Origin: Escherichia phage vB_EcoM-UFV13
DNA length: 64,000 nucleotides
Direction: 5' to 3' (one strand)
Sequence record: NC_031103.1
Both the position numbers and the translations under genes were made by a program. Below are positions 42,402 through 53,300 of the stretch, piece after piece. A model generated the notes under the pieces. It searched no databases, was not told where the DNA came from, and saw only the letters and a program-made list of their open reading frames with translations. Each line of letters opens with the position of its first letter. Positions within the stretch are counted from its first letter, which is position 1.

Positions 42402-43055
42402 TTAATACTTACAAGATTTCACAGTTTCAATGAAAACATTTTTAGCTTTCTGTGAATCAATATTTAAAATTTTTCTATAAGCCTTTAACTTTATAGAATA
42501 ATTATTCCAGACTAAATTATCAGTCTGTTCATCATGTTTATCAATTATATTTAAAAATGAATCAAGCAAGATAAACGTCTCAAACGAAATTATGTTCGAC
42601 TGAAGCAGTTTAAAAATATAACTCGATTGAACCTTTGGATTATATTCAAAGATTTCTTTAAAAGCAGAAACTTCAACTTTTTTACTAAAATAATAAATGT
42701 TGCGAATATCTTCTTCAAACTTAAATTTAATTTGCTTTAAGCGTCCGATATATTCACGATAAAACACAAGTGCATCAGCGTCAGAGATGTCACCAATCCA
42801 AGCATCTTGGTTAGCAACCAGATTGCTTATAAAGATTAAAGCAAGTTCCTTTAATTTATATTTTTCTGATAACTTCTGGAAAAAATACTTATCCCTTCGC
42901 TTTTGATAAGCGGCATCAGACACCCGCATGCACCAATTATACTTAATTACATCATACTTTCCGTTCATATGTTGTTTTATCATTAAGTATAATTTATAAA
43001 CTGATTTACCATCAATGTATCTTTCACCACAAGCAGGCATGCGGAGTTTAATCAT
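42402..43055 (-). CDS. 59: helicase loader gp59
   Basis: 217 aa, T4 gp59 length and position. Confidence 0.93.
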   Translation of the reverse strand: MIKLRMPACGERYIDGKSVYKLYLMIKQHMNGKYDVIKYNWCMRVSDAAYQKRRDKYFFQKLSEKYKLKELALIFISNLVANQDAWIGDISDADALVFYREYIGRLKQIKFKFEEDIRNIYYFSKKVEVSAFKEIFEYNPKVQSSYIFKLLQSNIISFETFILLDSFLNIIDKHDEQTDNLVWNNYSIKLKAYRKILNIDSQKAKNVFIETVKSCKY

Positions 43056-43390
43056 AGCAGAAAATCTAATGTATTAGTTTTTTCACAACGAACAACAGAA
43101 GGACGTAAAAGATTTTCGTCAATGGCTTCTGACTGAATTTTTTCAATTATACCCGAAGGAATAAATTTAGCAAATTGAGTTTCAGGAATAGAATTTTCTT
43201 CTAAGAATGCTGTTGTAGCTTCAAGATAACTCATTCCAAACTCTTCTACCATTTTTTCAATAATAAATCCATTTTCTTGACGATCAAGAAGCTTTGCGAT
43301 TTCATCTTTTTCCTTTTTAAGGGAAAGTTCTTTTTCTGAAAGCCCGGCCTCATCGACCGGGCGAATATCATTTAGAGAAAACTGTGTCAT
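43052..43390 (-). CDS. 33: late transcription co-activator gp33
   Basis: 112 aa from ATG at 43390 (MTQFSLNDIRPV...). Confidence 0.9.
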   Translation of the reverse strand: MTQFSLNDIRPVDEAGLSEKELSLKKEKDEIAKLLDRQENGFIIEKMVEEFGMSYLEATTAFLEENSIPETQFAKFIPSGIIEKIQSEAIDENLLRPSVVRCEKTNTLDFLL

Positions 43391-43637
43391 AAAGTTCAAC
43401 TACCTCTTCAGTTTCAGCTTCAAACACATCACGATTATCTTTATGATACAAAGCTAATAGACGATTAAACATCTTACCATCAACGCCAAGTTCATCTTTA
43501 GCACGAATTCGAATATCTTTAATCAGTTCATTATAACCGGAAATTTTCAGTTTATGATCAGATGCTTCTTTAATAAATTTAGCCAAGTCTTCGCCGTGGA
43601 TAGCTTCATCAAATTCAACCATTTCTTTTTTAGCCAT
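43368..43637 (-). CDS. dsbA: double-stranded DNA-binding protein DsbA
   Basis: 89 aa, T4 DsbA length. Confidence 0.9.
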   Translation of the reverse strand: MAKKEMVEFDEAIHGEDLAKFIKEASDHKLKISGYNELIKDIRIRAKDELGVDGKMFNRLLALYHKDNRDVFEAETEEVVELYDTVFSK

Positions 43638-43645
43638 TATTCACC

Positions 43646-44563
43646 TCAAAATTCATTAATGCTATTAGTTAATTTAGAAAGACCCGCTTTTACAAAATAT
43701 GAATAAATTTTGCCACGCGGTGGTAATTTATATGAATTATAGTAATTCACAATGTTTGAAGCAATATTATCAGGAATATAATCAAAATCAATTAGAACTA
43801 AATTTTCTTTATAACGATTATATTCAGATTCTGTGAGAAGCACCTTAGCTTGCTCACGGTCATTAGCAATAGCTTCAACGATTGAAGTTTTCATTGAAGG
43901 AGTTCGTTCACCTTCAACTTTGGTAAACCAAAAGTCAGATCGTACTTTAACTGAAGCAACGTTATCCTTTTTGTCACCTTTAAGGATTTTAGTCATACAG
44001 TCAATTTCAGCAGAACCGCTTTTAATTTTAACCCATTTCTTATGCATCGGTGACCATTGCTTAACATTTGGGTATTTGTGAAGCTGTGTAAAGTCACCAT
44101 CCGACGAAATGATTAAAATCTTATGTCCTTCTAAAGAGAACTTTTTAACAAGAACAGCAATGTGGTCATCTGCTTCATACTTATCAATATCCATAACAAT
44201 GTATGGCATATAAGCTTTCAATTCATCTATAACTTTATGGCTGGATTCAAAATAACCTTCCCAGTCCCAAGTAGATTCTTCTCGTGCTTTTCCACGGTTT
44301 TTCTTATAATAATAAGCGAAATCACGACGCCAGTATCCAGATTTCGCGTTATCAATACACAGTACAATTTTAGTGTATCCAAGCGTTTTTGCTTTTTTGA
44401 CATTAAACTTAATTGAGTTCAATATCAAATGACGAACCATTGATAAATTAATTTTTTCTTTATCTGGGAAGTTTACTAAAGCAGTTGAAAGCGCAATTTG
44501 ACTAAAGTCAATTAAGCAAATTCCTTCTTTGTAATCTTCATCCAGCATCATTTCTAAATCCAT
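43646..44563 (-). CDS. rnh: RNase H / 5'-3' exonuclease
   Basis: 305 aa from ATG at 44563 (MDLEMMLDEDYKEG...) with GAGG Shine-Dalgarno; ORF-track start is a TTG extension. Confidence 0.93.
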   Translation of the reverse strand: MDLEMMLDEDYKEGICLIDFSQIALSTALVNFPDKEKINLSMVRHLILNSIKFNVKKAKTLGYTKIVLCIDNAKSGYWRRDFAYYYKKNRGKAREESTWDWEGYFESSHKVIDELKAYMPYIVMDIDKYEADDHIAVLVKKFSLEGHKILIISSDGDFTQLHKYPNVKQWSPMHKKWVKIKSGSAEIDCMTKILKGDKKDNVASVKVRSDFWFTKVEGERTPSMKTSIVEAIANDREQAKVLLTESEYNRYKENLVLIDFDYIPDNIASNIVNYYNSYKLPPRGKIYSYFVKAGLSKLTNSINEF

Positions 44564-44589
44564 ATGAACCTCGTTCAATTAGTGAGATT

Positions 44590-44622
44590 TCTATTATATA
44601 CTATCCAAATCTTAAAGTAAAC
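44590..44622 (-). promoter_or_regulatory. early promoter-like sequence for rnh
   Basis: Minus strand GTTTAC, spacer, TATATAAT. Confidence 0.55.
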
Positions 44623-44625
44623 AAG

Positions 44626-44633
44626 TATAAATA
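44626..44633 (+). promoter_or_regulatory. late promoter motif TATAAATA for gene 34
   Basis: Exact motif 35 nt upstream of the gene 34 ATG. Confidence 0.75.
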
Positions 44634-44667
44634 CTTATTATTGAAAACACAATAGGAGCCCGGGAGA

Positions 44668-47600
44668 ATGGCCGAGATTAAAAGAAAGTTCAGAGCAGAA
44701 GATGGTCTGGACGCAGGTGGTGATAAAATAATCAACGTAGCTTTAGCTGATCGTACCGTAGGAACTGACGGTGTTAACGTTGATTATCTAATTCAAGAAA
44801 ACACAGTTCAACAATATGATCCAACTCGTGGATATTTAAAAGATTTTGTAATCATTTATGATAACCGCTTTTGGGCTGCTATAAATGATATTCCAAAACC
44901 AGCAGGAGCTTTTAATAGCGGACGCTGGAGAGCATTACGTACCGATGCTAACTGGATTACGGTTTCATCTGGTTCATATCAATTAAAATCCGGTGAAGCA
45001 ATTTCGGTTAACACTGCAGCTGGTAATGATATTACATTTACTTTACCATCTACCCCAATTGATGGTGATACTATCGTTCTCCAAGATATTGGAGGAAAAC
45101 CTGGAGTTAACCAAGTTTTAATTGTAGCTCCGGTGCAAAGTATTGTAAACTTCAGAGGTCAACAAGTACGTTCAGTACTAATGACTCATCCAAAGTCACA
45201 GCTAGTTTTAATTTTTAGTAATCGTCTGTGGCAAATGTATGTTGCTGATTATAGTAGAGAAGCTGTAGTTGTAACACCAGCGAATACTTATCAAGCACAG
45301 TCTAACGATTTTATCGTACGTAGATTTACTTCTGCTGCACCAATTAATATTAAACTTCCGAGATTTGCTAATCACGGAGATATTATTAATTTCGTTGATT
45401 TGGATAAATTAAATCCACTTTATCATACAATTGTTACTACATACGATGAAACTACTTCAATACAAGAAGATGGAACTCATTCTATTGAAGGCCGTACATC
45501 GATTGACGGTTTCTTGATGTTTGATGATAATGAGAAATTGTGGAGATTGTTTGACGGAGACAGTAAAGCACGTTTACGTATCATAACGACTAATTCAAAC
45601 ATTCGTCCAAATGAAGAAGTTATGGTATTTGGTGCGAATAACGGAACAACTCAAACAATTGAGCTTCAGCTTCCAACTAATATTTCTGTTGGTGATACTG
45701 TTAAAATTTCCATGAATTACATGAGAAAAGGACAAACAGTTAAAATCAAAGCTGCCGGTGAAGATAAAATTGCTTCTTCAGTTCAATTGCTGCAATTCCC
45801 AAAACGCTCAGAATATCCGCCTGAAGCTGAATGGGTTACAGTTCAAGAATTAGTTTTTAATGGTGAAACTAATTATGTTCCAGTTTTAGAGCTTGCTTAT
45901 ATAGAAGATTCTGATGGAAAATACTGGGTTGTACAGCAAAACGTTCCAACTGTAGAAAGAGTTGATTCTTTAAATGATTCTACTAGAGCAAGATTAGGCG
46001 TAATTGCTTTAGCTACACAAGCTCAAGCTAATGTCGATTTAGAAAATTCTCCACAAAAAGAATTAGCAATTACTCCAGAAACGTTAGCTAATCGTACTGC
46101 TACAGAAACTCGTAGAGGTATCGCAAGAATAGCAACTACTGCTCAAGTGAATCAGAACTCCACATTCTCTTTTGCTGATGATATTATCATCACTCCTAAA
46201 AAGCTGAATGAAAGAACTGCTACAGAAACTCGTAGAGGCGTTGCTGAAATTGCTACGCAACAGGAAACTAATGCAGGTACTGATGACACTACAATCATCA
46301 CTCCTAAAAAGCTTCAAGCTCGTCAAGGTTCTGAATCATTATCTGGTATTGTAACTTTTGTATCTACTGCAGGTGCTACTCCAGCTTCTAGCCGTGAATT
46401 AAATGGTACCAACGTTTATAATAAAAACACTAATAATTTAGTTGTTTCACCTAAAGCTTTGGATCAGTATAAAGCTACGCCTACTCAACAGGGTGCAGTA
46501 ATTTTAGCAGTTGAAAGTGAAGTAATTGCTGGACAAAGTCAGCAAGGATGGGCAAATGCTGTTGTAACTCCAGAAACGTTACACAAAAAGACATCAACTG
46601 ATGGAAGAATTGGTTTAATTGAAATTGCTACGCAAAGTGAAGTTAATACAGGAACTGATTATACTCGTGCAGTCACTCCTAAAACTTTAAATGACCGTAG
46701 AGCAACTGAAAGTTTAAGTGGTATAGCTGAAATTGCTACACAAGTTGAATTCGACGCAGGCGTCGACGATACTCGTATCTCTACACCATTAAAAATTAAA
46801 ACCAGATTTAATAGTACTGATCGTACTTCTGTTGTTGCTCTATCTGGATTAGTTGAATCAGGAACTCTCTGGGACCATTATACCCTTAATATTCTTGAAG
46901 CAAATGAGACACAGCGTGGTACACTTCGTGTAGCTACACAAGTTGAAGCTGCTGCAGGAAAATTAGATAATGTTTTAATAACTCCTAAAAAGCTTTTAGG
47001 TACTAAATCTACCGAATCGCAAGAAGGTGTTATTAAAGTTGCAACTCAGTCTGAAACTGTGGCTGGAACGTCAGCAAATACTGCTGTATCTCCAAAAAAT
47101 TTAAAATGGATTGTGCAGAGTGAACCTACCTGGGCAGCTACTACTGCGATAAGAGGTTTTGTTAAAACTTCATCTGGTTCAATTACATTCGTTGGTAATG
47201 ATACAGTCGGTTCTACCCAAGATTTAGAACTGTATGAGAAAAATAGCTATGCGGTATCACCATATGAATTAAACCGTGTATTAGCAAATTATTTGCCGTT
47301 AAAAGCAAAAGCTGCTGATACAAATTTATTAGATGGTCTAGATTCATCTCAGTTCATTCGTAGGGATATTGCACAGACGGTTAATGGTTCACTAACCTTA
47401 GCCCAACAAACGAATCTGAGTGCCCCTCTTGTATCATCTAGTACTGCTACGTTTGGTGGTTCAGTTTCGGCAAATAGTACATTAACTATTTCTAATACTG
47501 GAACGGCAACTCGTCTGATTTTTGAGAAAGGACCTCAGACTGGAACTAACCCAGCACAGACGATGACTATCAGAGTTTGGGGAAATCAGTTTGGCGGCGG

Positions 47601-48537
47601 ATCAGATACAACGCGTTCTACTGTATTTGAAGTTGGTGATGAAACATCTAATCACTTTTATTCTCAACGTAATAAAGCTGGGAATATAACGTTTAGTATC
47701 AATGGTACTGTGATGCCAATAAATGTTAACGCTTCAGGCACGTTAAATGCGAATGGCGTTGCAACATTTGGTCGTTCAGTTACAGCCAATGGTGAATTCA
47801 TTAGCAAGTCTGCAAATGCTTTCAGAGCAATTAGTGGTGATTACGGATTCTTTATTCGTAATGATGGCGGCAGCACATATTTTATGCTCACTGCATCCGG
47901 TGATCAGACTGGCGGATTTAATGGATTACGTCCTTTGGCTATTAATAATGCATCTGGCCAAGTAACGATTGGTGAAGGCTTAATCATTGCCAAAGGTGCT
48001 ACTATAAATTCAGGTGGTTTGACTGTTAACTCGAGAATTCGTTCTCAGGGCAATAAAACATCTGATTTATATACTCGTGCTCCTACTGCTGATACAGTCG
48101 GATTCTGGTCAATTGATATTAATGATTCAGCCACTTATAACCAGTTCCCGGGTTATTTTAAAATGGTTGAAAAAACTAATGAAGTGACTGGGCTTCCATA
48201 CTTAGAACGTGGCGAAGAAGTTAAATCTCCTGGTACACTGACACAGTTTGGTAACACACTTGATTCGCTTTACCAAGATTGGATTACTTATCCAACAACT
48301 CCAGAAGCGCGTACCACTCGTTGGACCCGCACATGGCAGAAAACCAAAAACTCTTGGTCAAGTTTTGTTCAGGTATTTGACGGAGGTAACCCTCCTCAGC
48401 CGTCTGATATCGGTGCTTTACCATCTGATAATGCTACAATGGGGAATCTTACTATTCGTGATTTCTTACGAATTGGTAATGTTCGCATTATTCCTGACCC
48501 AGTGAATAAAACGGTTAAATTTGAATGGGTTGAATAA
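44668..48537 (+). CDS. 34: long tail fibre proximal subunit gp34
   Basis: 1289 aa, same as T4 gp34; internal fibre repeat motifs. Confidence 0.95.
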   Translation: MAEIKRKFRAEDGLDAGGDKIINVALADRTVGTDGVNVDYLIQENTVQQYDPTRGYLKDFVIIYDNRFWAAINDIPKPAGAFNSGRWRALRTDANWITVSSGSYQLKSGEAISVNTAAGNDITFTLPSTPIDGDTIVLQDIGGKPGVNQVLIVAPVQSIVNFRGQQVRSVLMTHPKSQLVLIFSNRLWQMYVADYSREAVVVTPANTYQAQSNDFIVRRFTSAAPINIKLPRFANHGDIINFVDLDKLNPLYHTIVTTYDETTSIQEDGTHSIEGRTSIDGFLMFDDNEKLWRLFDGDSKARLRIITTNSNIRPNEEVMVFGANNGTTQTIELQLPTNISVGDTVKISMNYMRKGQTVKIKAAGEDKIASSVQLLQFPKRSEYPPEAEWVTVQELVFNGETNYVPVLELAYIEDSDGKYWVVQQNVPTVERVDSLNDSTRARLGVIALATQAQANVDLENSPQKELAITPETLANRTATETRRGIARIATTAQVNQNSTFSFADDIIITPKKLNERTATETRRGVAEIATQQETNAGTDDTTIITPKKLQARQGSESLSGIVTFVSTAGATPASSRELNGTNVYNKNTNNLVVSPKALDQYKATPTQQGAVILAVESEVIAGQSQQGWANAVVTPETLHKKTSTDGRIGLIEIATQSEVNTGTDYTRAVTPKTLNDRRATESLSGIAEIATQVEFDAGVDDTRISTPLKIKTRFNSTDRTSVVALSGLVESGTLWDHYTLNILEANETQRGTLRVATQVEAAAGKLDNVLITPKKLLGTKSTESQEGVIKVATQSETVAGTSANTAVSPKNLKWIVQSEPTWAATTAIRGFVKTSSGSITFVGNDTVGSTQDLELYEKNSYAVSPYELNRVLANYLPLKAKAADTNLLDGLDSSQFIRRDIAQTVNGSLTLAQQTNLSAPLVSSSTATFGGSVSANSTLTISNTGTATRLIFEKGPQTGTNPAQTMTIRVWGNQFGGGSDTTRSTVFEVGDETSNHFYSQRNKAGNITFSINGTVMPINVNASGTLNANGVATFGRSVTANGEFISKSANAFRAISGDYGFFIRNDGGSTYFMLTASGDQTGGFNGLRPLAINNASGQVTIGEGLIIAKGATINSGGLTVNSRIRSQGNKTSDLYTRAPTADTVGFWSIDINDSATYNQFPGYFKMVEKTNEVTGLPYLERGEEVKSPGTLTQFGNTLDSLYQDWITYPTTPEARTTRWTRTWQKTKNSWSSFVQVFDGGNPPQPSDIGALPSDNATMGNLTIRDFLRIGNVRIIPDPVNKTVKFEWVE
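45970..47040 (+). repeat. degenerate in-frame repeat units inside gene 34
   Basis: Protein motif T-E-x-x-G-x-x-x-I-A-T-Q-x-E-x-x-x-G-T-D-x-T-x-x-x-T-P-K-x-L recurs about seven times. Confidence 0.7.
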
Positions 48538-48545
48538 GAGGTATT

Positions 48546-49661
48546 ATGGAAAAATTTATGGCAGAGTTTGGACAAGGATATGTCCAAACGCCATTTTTAT
48601 CGGAAAGCAATTCAGTAAGATATAAAATAAGCATAGCGGGTTCTTGCCAGCTTTCTACAGCAGGACCATACGTTAAATTTCAGGATAATCCTATCGGAAA
48701 TCAAACATTTAGCGCAGGCCTTCATTTAAGAGTTTTTGACCCTTCCACCGGAGCATTAGTTGATAGTAAGTCATATGCTTTTTCTACTTCAAATGATACT
48801 ACATCAGCTGCTTTTGTTAGTTTCATGAATTCTTTGGCGAATAATAGACTTGTTGCTATATTAACTAACGGAAAGGTTAATTTTCCTCCTGAAGTAGTAT
48901 CTTGGTTAAGAACCGCAGGAACGTCTGCTTTTCCATCTGATTCTATATTGTCAAGATTCGACGTATCATATGCTGCTTTTTATACTTCTTCTAAAAGAGC
49001 TATTGCATTAGAGCATGTTAAACTGAGTAATAGAAAAAGCACAGATGATTATCAAACTATTTTAGATGTAGTATTTGACAGTTTAGAAGATGTAGGAGCT
49101 ACCGGGTTTCCAAGAAGAACGTATGAAAGCGTTGAGCAATTCATGTCAGCGGTTGGTGGAACTAATAATGAAATTGCGAGATTGCCAACTTCAGCTGCTA
49201 TAAGTAAACTCTCTGATTATAATTTAATTCCTGGTGATGTTCTTTATCTTAAAGCTCAGTTATATGCTGATGCTGATTTACTTGCGCTTGGAACTACAAA
49301 TATATCTATCCGTTTTTATAATGCATCAAATGGATATATTTCTTCAACACAAGCTGAGTTCACCGGACAAGCTGGGTCTTGGGAATTAAAGGAAGACTAT
49401 GTAGTTGTTCCAGAAAACGCTGTCGGATTTACGATATATGCACAAAGAACTGCACAAGCCGGTCAAGGCGGCATGAGAAATTTAAGCTTTTCTGAAGTGT
49501 CAAGAAATGGAGGTATTTCGAAACCTGCTGAATTTGGCGTCAACGGCATTCGTGTTAATTATATCTGTGAATCTGCTTCACCTCCGGATATAATGGTACT
49601 TCCTACGCAAGCATCGTCTAAAACTGGTAAAGTGTTTGGGCAAGAATTTAGAGAAGTATAA
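48546..49661 (+). CDS. 35: long tail fibre hinge protein gp35
   Basis: 371 aa. Confidence 0.9.
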   Translation: MEKFMAEFGQGYVQTPFLSESNSVRYKISIAGSCQLSTAGPYVKFQDNPIGNQTFSAGLHLRVFDPSTGALVDSKSYAFSTSNDTTSAAFVSFMNSLANNRLVAILTNGKVNFPPEVVSWLRTAGTSAFPSDSILSRFDVSYAAFYTSSKRAIALEHVKLSNRKSTDDYQTILDVVFDSLEDVGATGFPRRTYESVEQFMSAVGGTNNEIARLPTSAAISKLSDYNLIPGDVLYLKAQLYADADLLALGTTNISIRFYNASNGYISSTQAEFTGQAGSWELKEDYVVVPENAVGFTIYAQRTAQAGQGGMRNLSFSEVSRNGGISKPAEFGVNGIRVNYICESASPPDIMVLPTQASSKTGKVFGQEFREV

Positions 49662-49666
49662 ATTGA

Positions 49667-49690
49667 GGGAGCCTTCGGGTTCCCTTTTTC
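49667..49690 (+). terminator. hairpin terminator after gene 35
   Basis: GGGAGCC-UUCG-GGUUCCC followed by TTTTTCTTT. Confidence 0.7.
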
Positions 49691-49692
49691 TT

Positions 49693-49700
49693 TATAAATA
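49693..49700 (+). promoter_or_regulatory. late promoter motif TATAAATA for gene 36
   Basis: Exact motif 24 nt upstream of the gene 36 ATG. Confidence 0.75.
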
Positions 49701-49723
49701 CTATTAAAATAAAGGGGCATACA

Positions 49724-50386
49724 ATGGCTGATTTAAAAGTAGGTTCAACAACTGGAGGCTCTGTCATTTGGCATCAAGGAAATTTTCCATTGAATCCAGC
49801 CGGTGACGATGTACTCTATAAATCATTTAAAATATATTCAGAATACAATAAACCACAAGCTGCTGATAACGATTTCGTTTCTAAAGCTAATGGTGGTACT
49901 TACGCCGCGACTGTTCGATTTAATGGAGGAGTACATGTTCCTACTATAGGTAGTAGTCAACAGTGTGGTGTTTATCCAGGTAACGGTGATGCAGCTACTT
50001 TTGCTATGGCAAATATTGACATCGTTTCGTGGAATGGTATTGGTTTTAAATCATCACAAGGTTCAGCAGACCGAACTGTTGTAATTAATGCACGTAATGG
50101 TGATATTAGTACAAAAGGCGTTGTGACAGCAGTAGGTCAAATAAGAAGTAATGCAGTTACTCCTATAGCAGCGAATGACCTTACTAGAAAGGACTATGTT
50201 GATGGAGCAATAAATACTGTTACAGCAAATGCGAACTCTAGAGTGTTGCGTTCTGGCGATACTATGACAGGGAACTTAACCGCACCAAACTTTTTTTCGC
50301 AGAATCCTGCATCTCAACCTTCACATGTTCCACGATTTGACCAAATCGTAATTAAGGATTCTGTTCAAGATTTCGGCTATTATTAA
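49724..50386 (+). CDS. 36: long tail fibre distal subunit (small) gp36
   Basis: 220 aa; late promoter upstream. Confidence 0.9.
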   Translation: MADLKVGSTTGGSVIWHQGNFPLNPAGDDVLYKSFKIYSEYNKPQAADNDFVSKANGGTYAATVRFNGGVHVPTIGSSQQCGVYPGNGDAATFAMANIDIVSWNGIGFKSSQGSADRTVVINARNGDISTKGVVTAVGQIRSNAVTPIAANDLTRKDYVDGAINTVTANANSRVLRSGDTMTGNLTAPNFFSQNPASQPSHVPRFDQIVIKDSVQDFGYY

Positions 50387-50394
50387 GAGGACTT

Positions 50395-53300
50395 ATGGCT
50401 ACTTTAAAACAGATACAATTTAAAAGAAGCAAAACCGCAGGTGCACGTCCTGCTGCTTCAGTATTAGCCGAAGGTGAATTGGCTATAAACTTAAAAGATA
50501 GAACAATTTTTACTAAAGATGATTCGGGAAATATCATTGATCTAGGTATTGCTAAAGGCGGTCAAATTGATGGAAATGTGACTATCAATGGTCTTTTAAG
50601 ATTAAATGGGGATTATACACAAACTGGTGGAATGACCGTAAATGGACCTATTGGTTCTACTGAAGGCGTATCCGCCTTAGTTTTTAGATCTATGCGAGGG
50701 TCATTTTACGCAAGAGCAACAAATGATACTTCCAATGCCCATCTTTGGTTTGAAAATACAAATGGATCAGAGAGAGGTGTTTTATATTCAAAACCGCAGT
50801 CTGAAAATGAAGGCGTAATTACAATGCGCGTTCGTCAAGGAACCGCAGCAGGGGCTCAAAATTCAGAATTTCATTTCATTTCTACTGATGGCGGTATCTT
50901 CCAGGCACGCAAATTAACTGCTTTAACTTCTATTAGTACACCAACTATTAGTGTTAATTTAATTAATCACGATTCTAAAGCCTTTGGACAATATGATTCA
51001 CAGTCATTAGTTCAGTATGTTTATCCTGGAACAGGTGAAACAAATGGCGTAAACTATCTTCGTAAAGTTCGTGCTAAATCAGGTGGTACAATTTATCATG
51101 AAATTTGTACAGCTCAGACTGGGCTGGCAGATGAAATGTCATGGTGGACTGGTAATACACCGTTATTTAAACTATACGGTATTCGTAACGACGGTAGAAT
51201 GATTATCCGCAATAGCTTGGCCATTGGTACTGTGACTGAAGGATACCCGTCAAGCGATTATGGAAATACCGGGGTAATGGGAGATAGGTATTTAGCTCTT
51301 GGCGATAATGCTTCTGGACTTAAATGGGTTCGTACTGGCGTTATTGACTTAATGGCTAACGGTATTTCTGCGGCGACTATTATTAATAATGGTATTAATA
51401 GTACTAAAAAATTGATGGTCGGTTATAGCCGCGATTCTGGTACTACATGGGATTTTCCAAATAACAACCAAGCAATGTTTACTGCGCGTACCGATATTGA
51501 TGGTAATAATAACGGTGATGGGCAAACTCATATCGGTTATAACAGTAATTCTAAAATGTATCACTATTTCCGTGGTACAGGTCGTATGGCTGTTGGTATG
51601 TCCCAAGGTCTCCTTGTTGAACCAGGAATTTTAGATATTAACACTGGTTCTAACAGAGTTGCTATTAGAGCAGATGGTACATTTGACTCAACCCAACGTA
51701 TTTCTATGCGTACGGGCTTGTTTTTAAGCGGTGATGATAATACTAATGCTTTATTGTTTAAAGCGCCTTCCGGCGTAGATGGTACTAAACCCATTAGCTG
51801 GGCCGCAGGTACTCGTAACGGTCAGAATAAAAATGACATTTCAATTAAAGTATGGGGTAATGCCTTTAACTCAGTTCCGGGTATTAGAGAAACTGTATTT
51901 GAAGTATATGATTCACAAGGTTATTATTTTTATTCACAACGCCAGCGCCCAGAAGGTTCTGAAACTGTTGGGCCTGTTGTAACTCAGTTCAGTGGTCAAG
52001 TTAATGCTAACGGCTCTATTAGCACTGCAGGAAATCTTAAAGTTGATGGTTTGAGTACTTTAAACGGTAATGTTACAATGAAGAACGGTTTGTTTGTTCA
52101 AGGTGGTTCTTCTATTACTGGACAAGTTAAAATCGGCGGAACAGCTGACGCATTAAGAATTTGGAATGCTGAATATGGTGCTATTTTCCGCCGTTCGGAA
52201 AGTAATCTTTATATTATCCCGACTCCTAAAGGTGCCGGAGAATCGGGCGGTATAAGTAATCTTAGACCATTGATAATAGAACTGAACACTGGTACAGTTA
52301 AAATGTCGCATGATGTTCATTTAGGAGATTCTGGATCTGGTACAGGATTATTACAAGTAAGTAATAGTCTTAAAACTATTAAAATGATATGTCCAGTAAC
52401 TATTAATGAACGCAATGCAGCGCTTACTTTAGATTCTCCTTCATCTTCTTCTGCTAATTATTTACAGGGTTCTAAAGCTGGAACTAGATCATGGTATGTT
52501 GGTCTTGGTGGCGCTGGAAATGATTTATCGCTTTATAGCCAATCTTATGGACATGGTCTTGTTATAAGCGATAATTTCGTGTCAATCAGTAAACCTCTTA
52601 AAGTCGGAAATGCCCAATTAGGAACTGACGGTAATATTACCAATGGTTCAGGAAACTTTGCCAACTTAAACACCACGTTAAATCGTAAAGTTAATTCTGG
52701 ATTTATTACTTATGGAGCAACTGCTGGCTGGTATAAGTTTGCAACAGTAACAATGCCACAATCCACTTCTACGGTCTTCTTTAAAATAGCCGGTGGTTCT
52801 GGATTTAATAGCGGATTATTCACACAATGCAATATTGCTGAAATTGTTTTACGTACTAGTAATGAAAGACCTGCTGACTTAAATGCTGTATTATATACAA
52901 GAACATCTGGACTGTATAGCGCAGCATTTAGAAATATTGCAGTTAACAATGTCTCTGGAAATACATATGACATTTATGTTTATGCCGGAACATATTGTAA
53001 TCAACTAGCGTGTGAATGGTCATGTACCGAAAATGCTACTGTTAGCGTTATTGGTATTAACTCATCTACACAATCACCTGTAGATGCTCTTCCAGATACA
53101 GCAGTTAACGGTCAAGTTGCTAATGTTCTTAATAACTTGGTTGATCGTGGTAAAGCAAAACGTTATGTAGCAGAGTCGGAAATTGCTATTAATAACCAAA
53201 CTGGTATTCGTATTACGAGTAATTCTGATAGATCAGGTTCTAATTCCGTTTTATTTCGAAATGACGGTGGAAACTTCTATATTTTACTGACCGACAAAAA

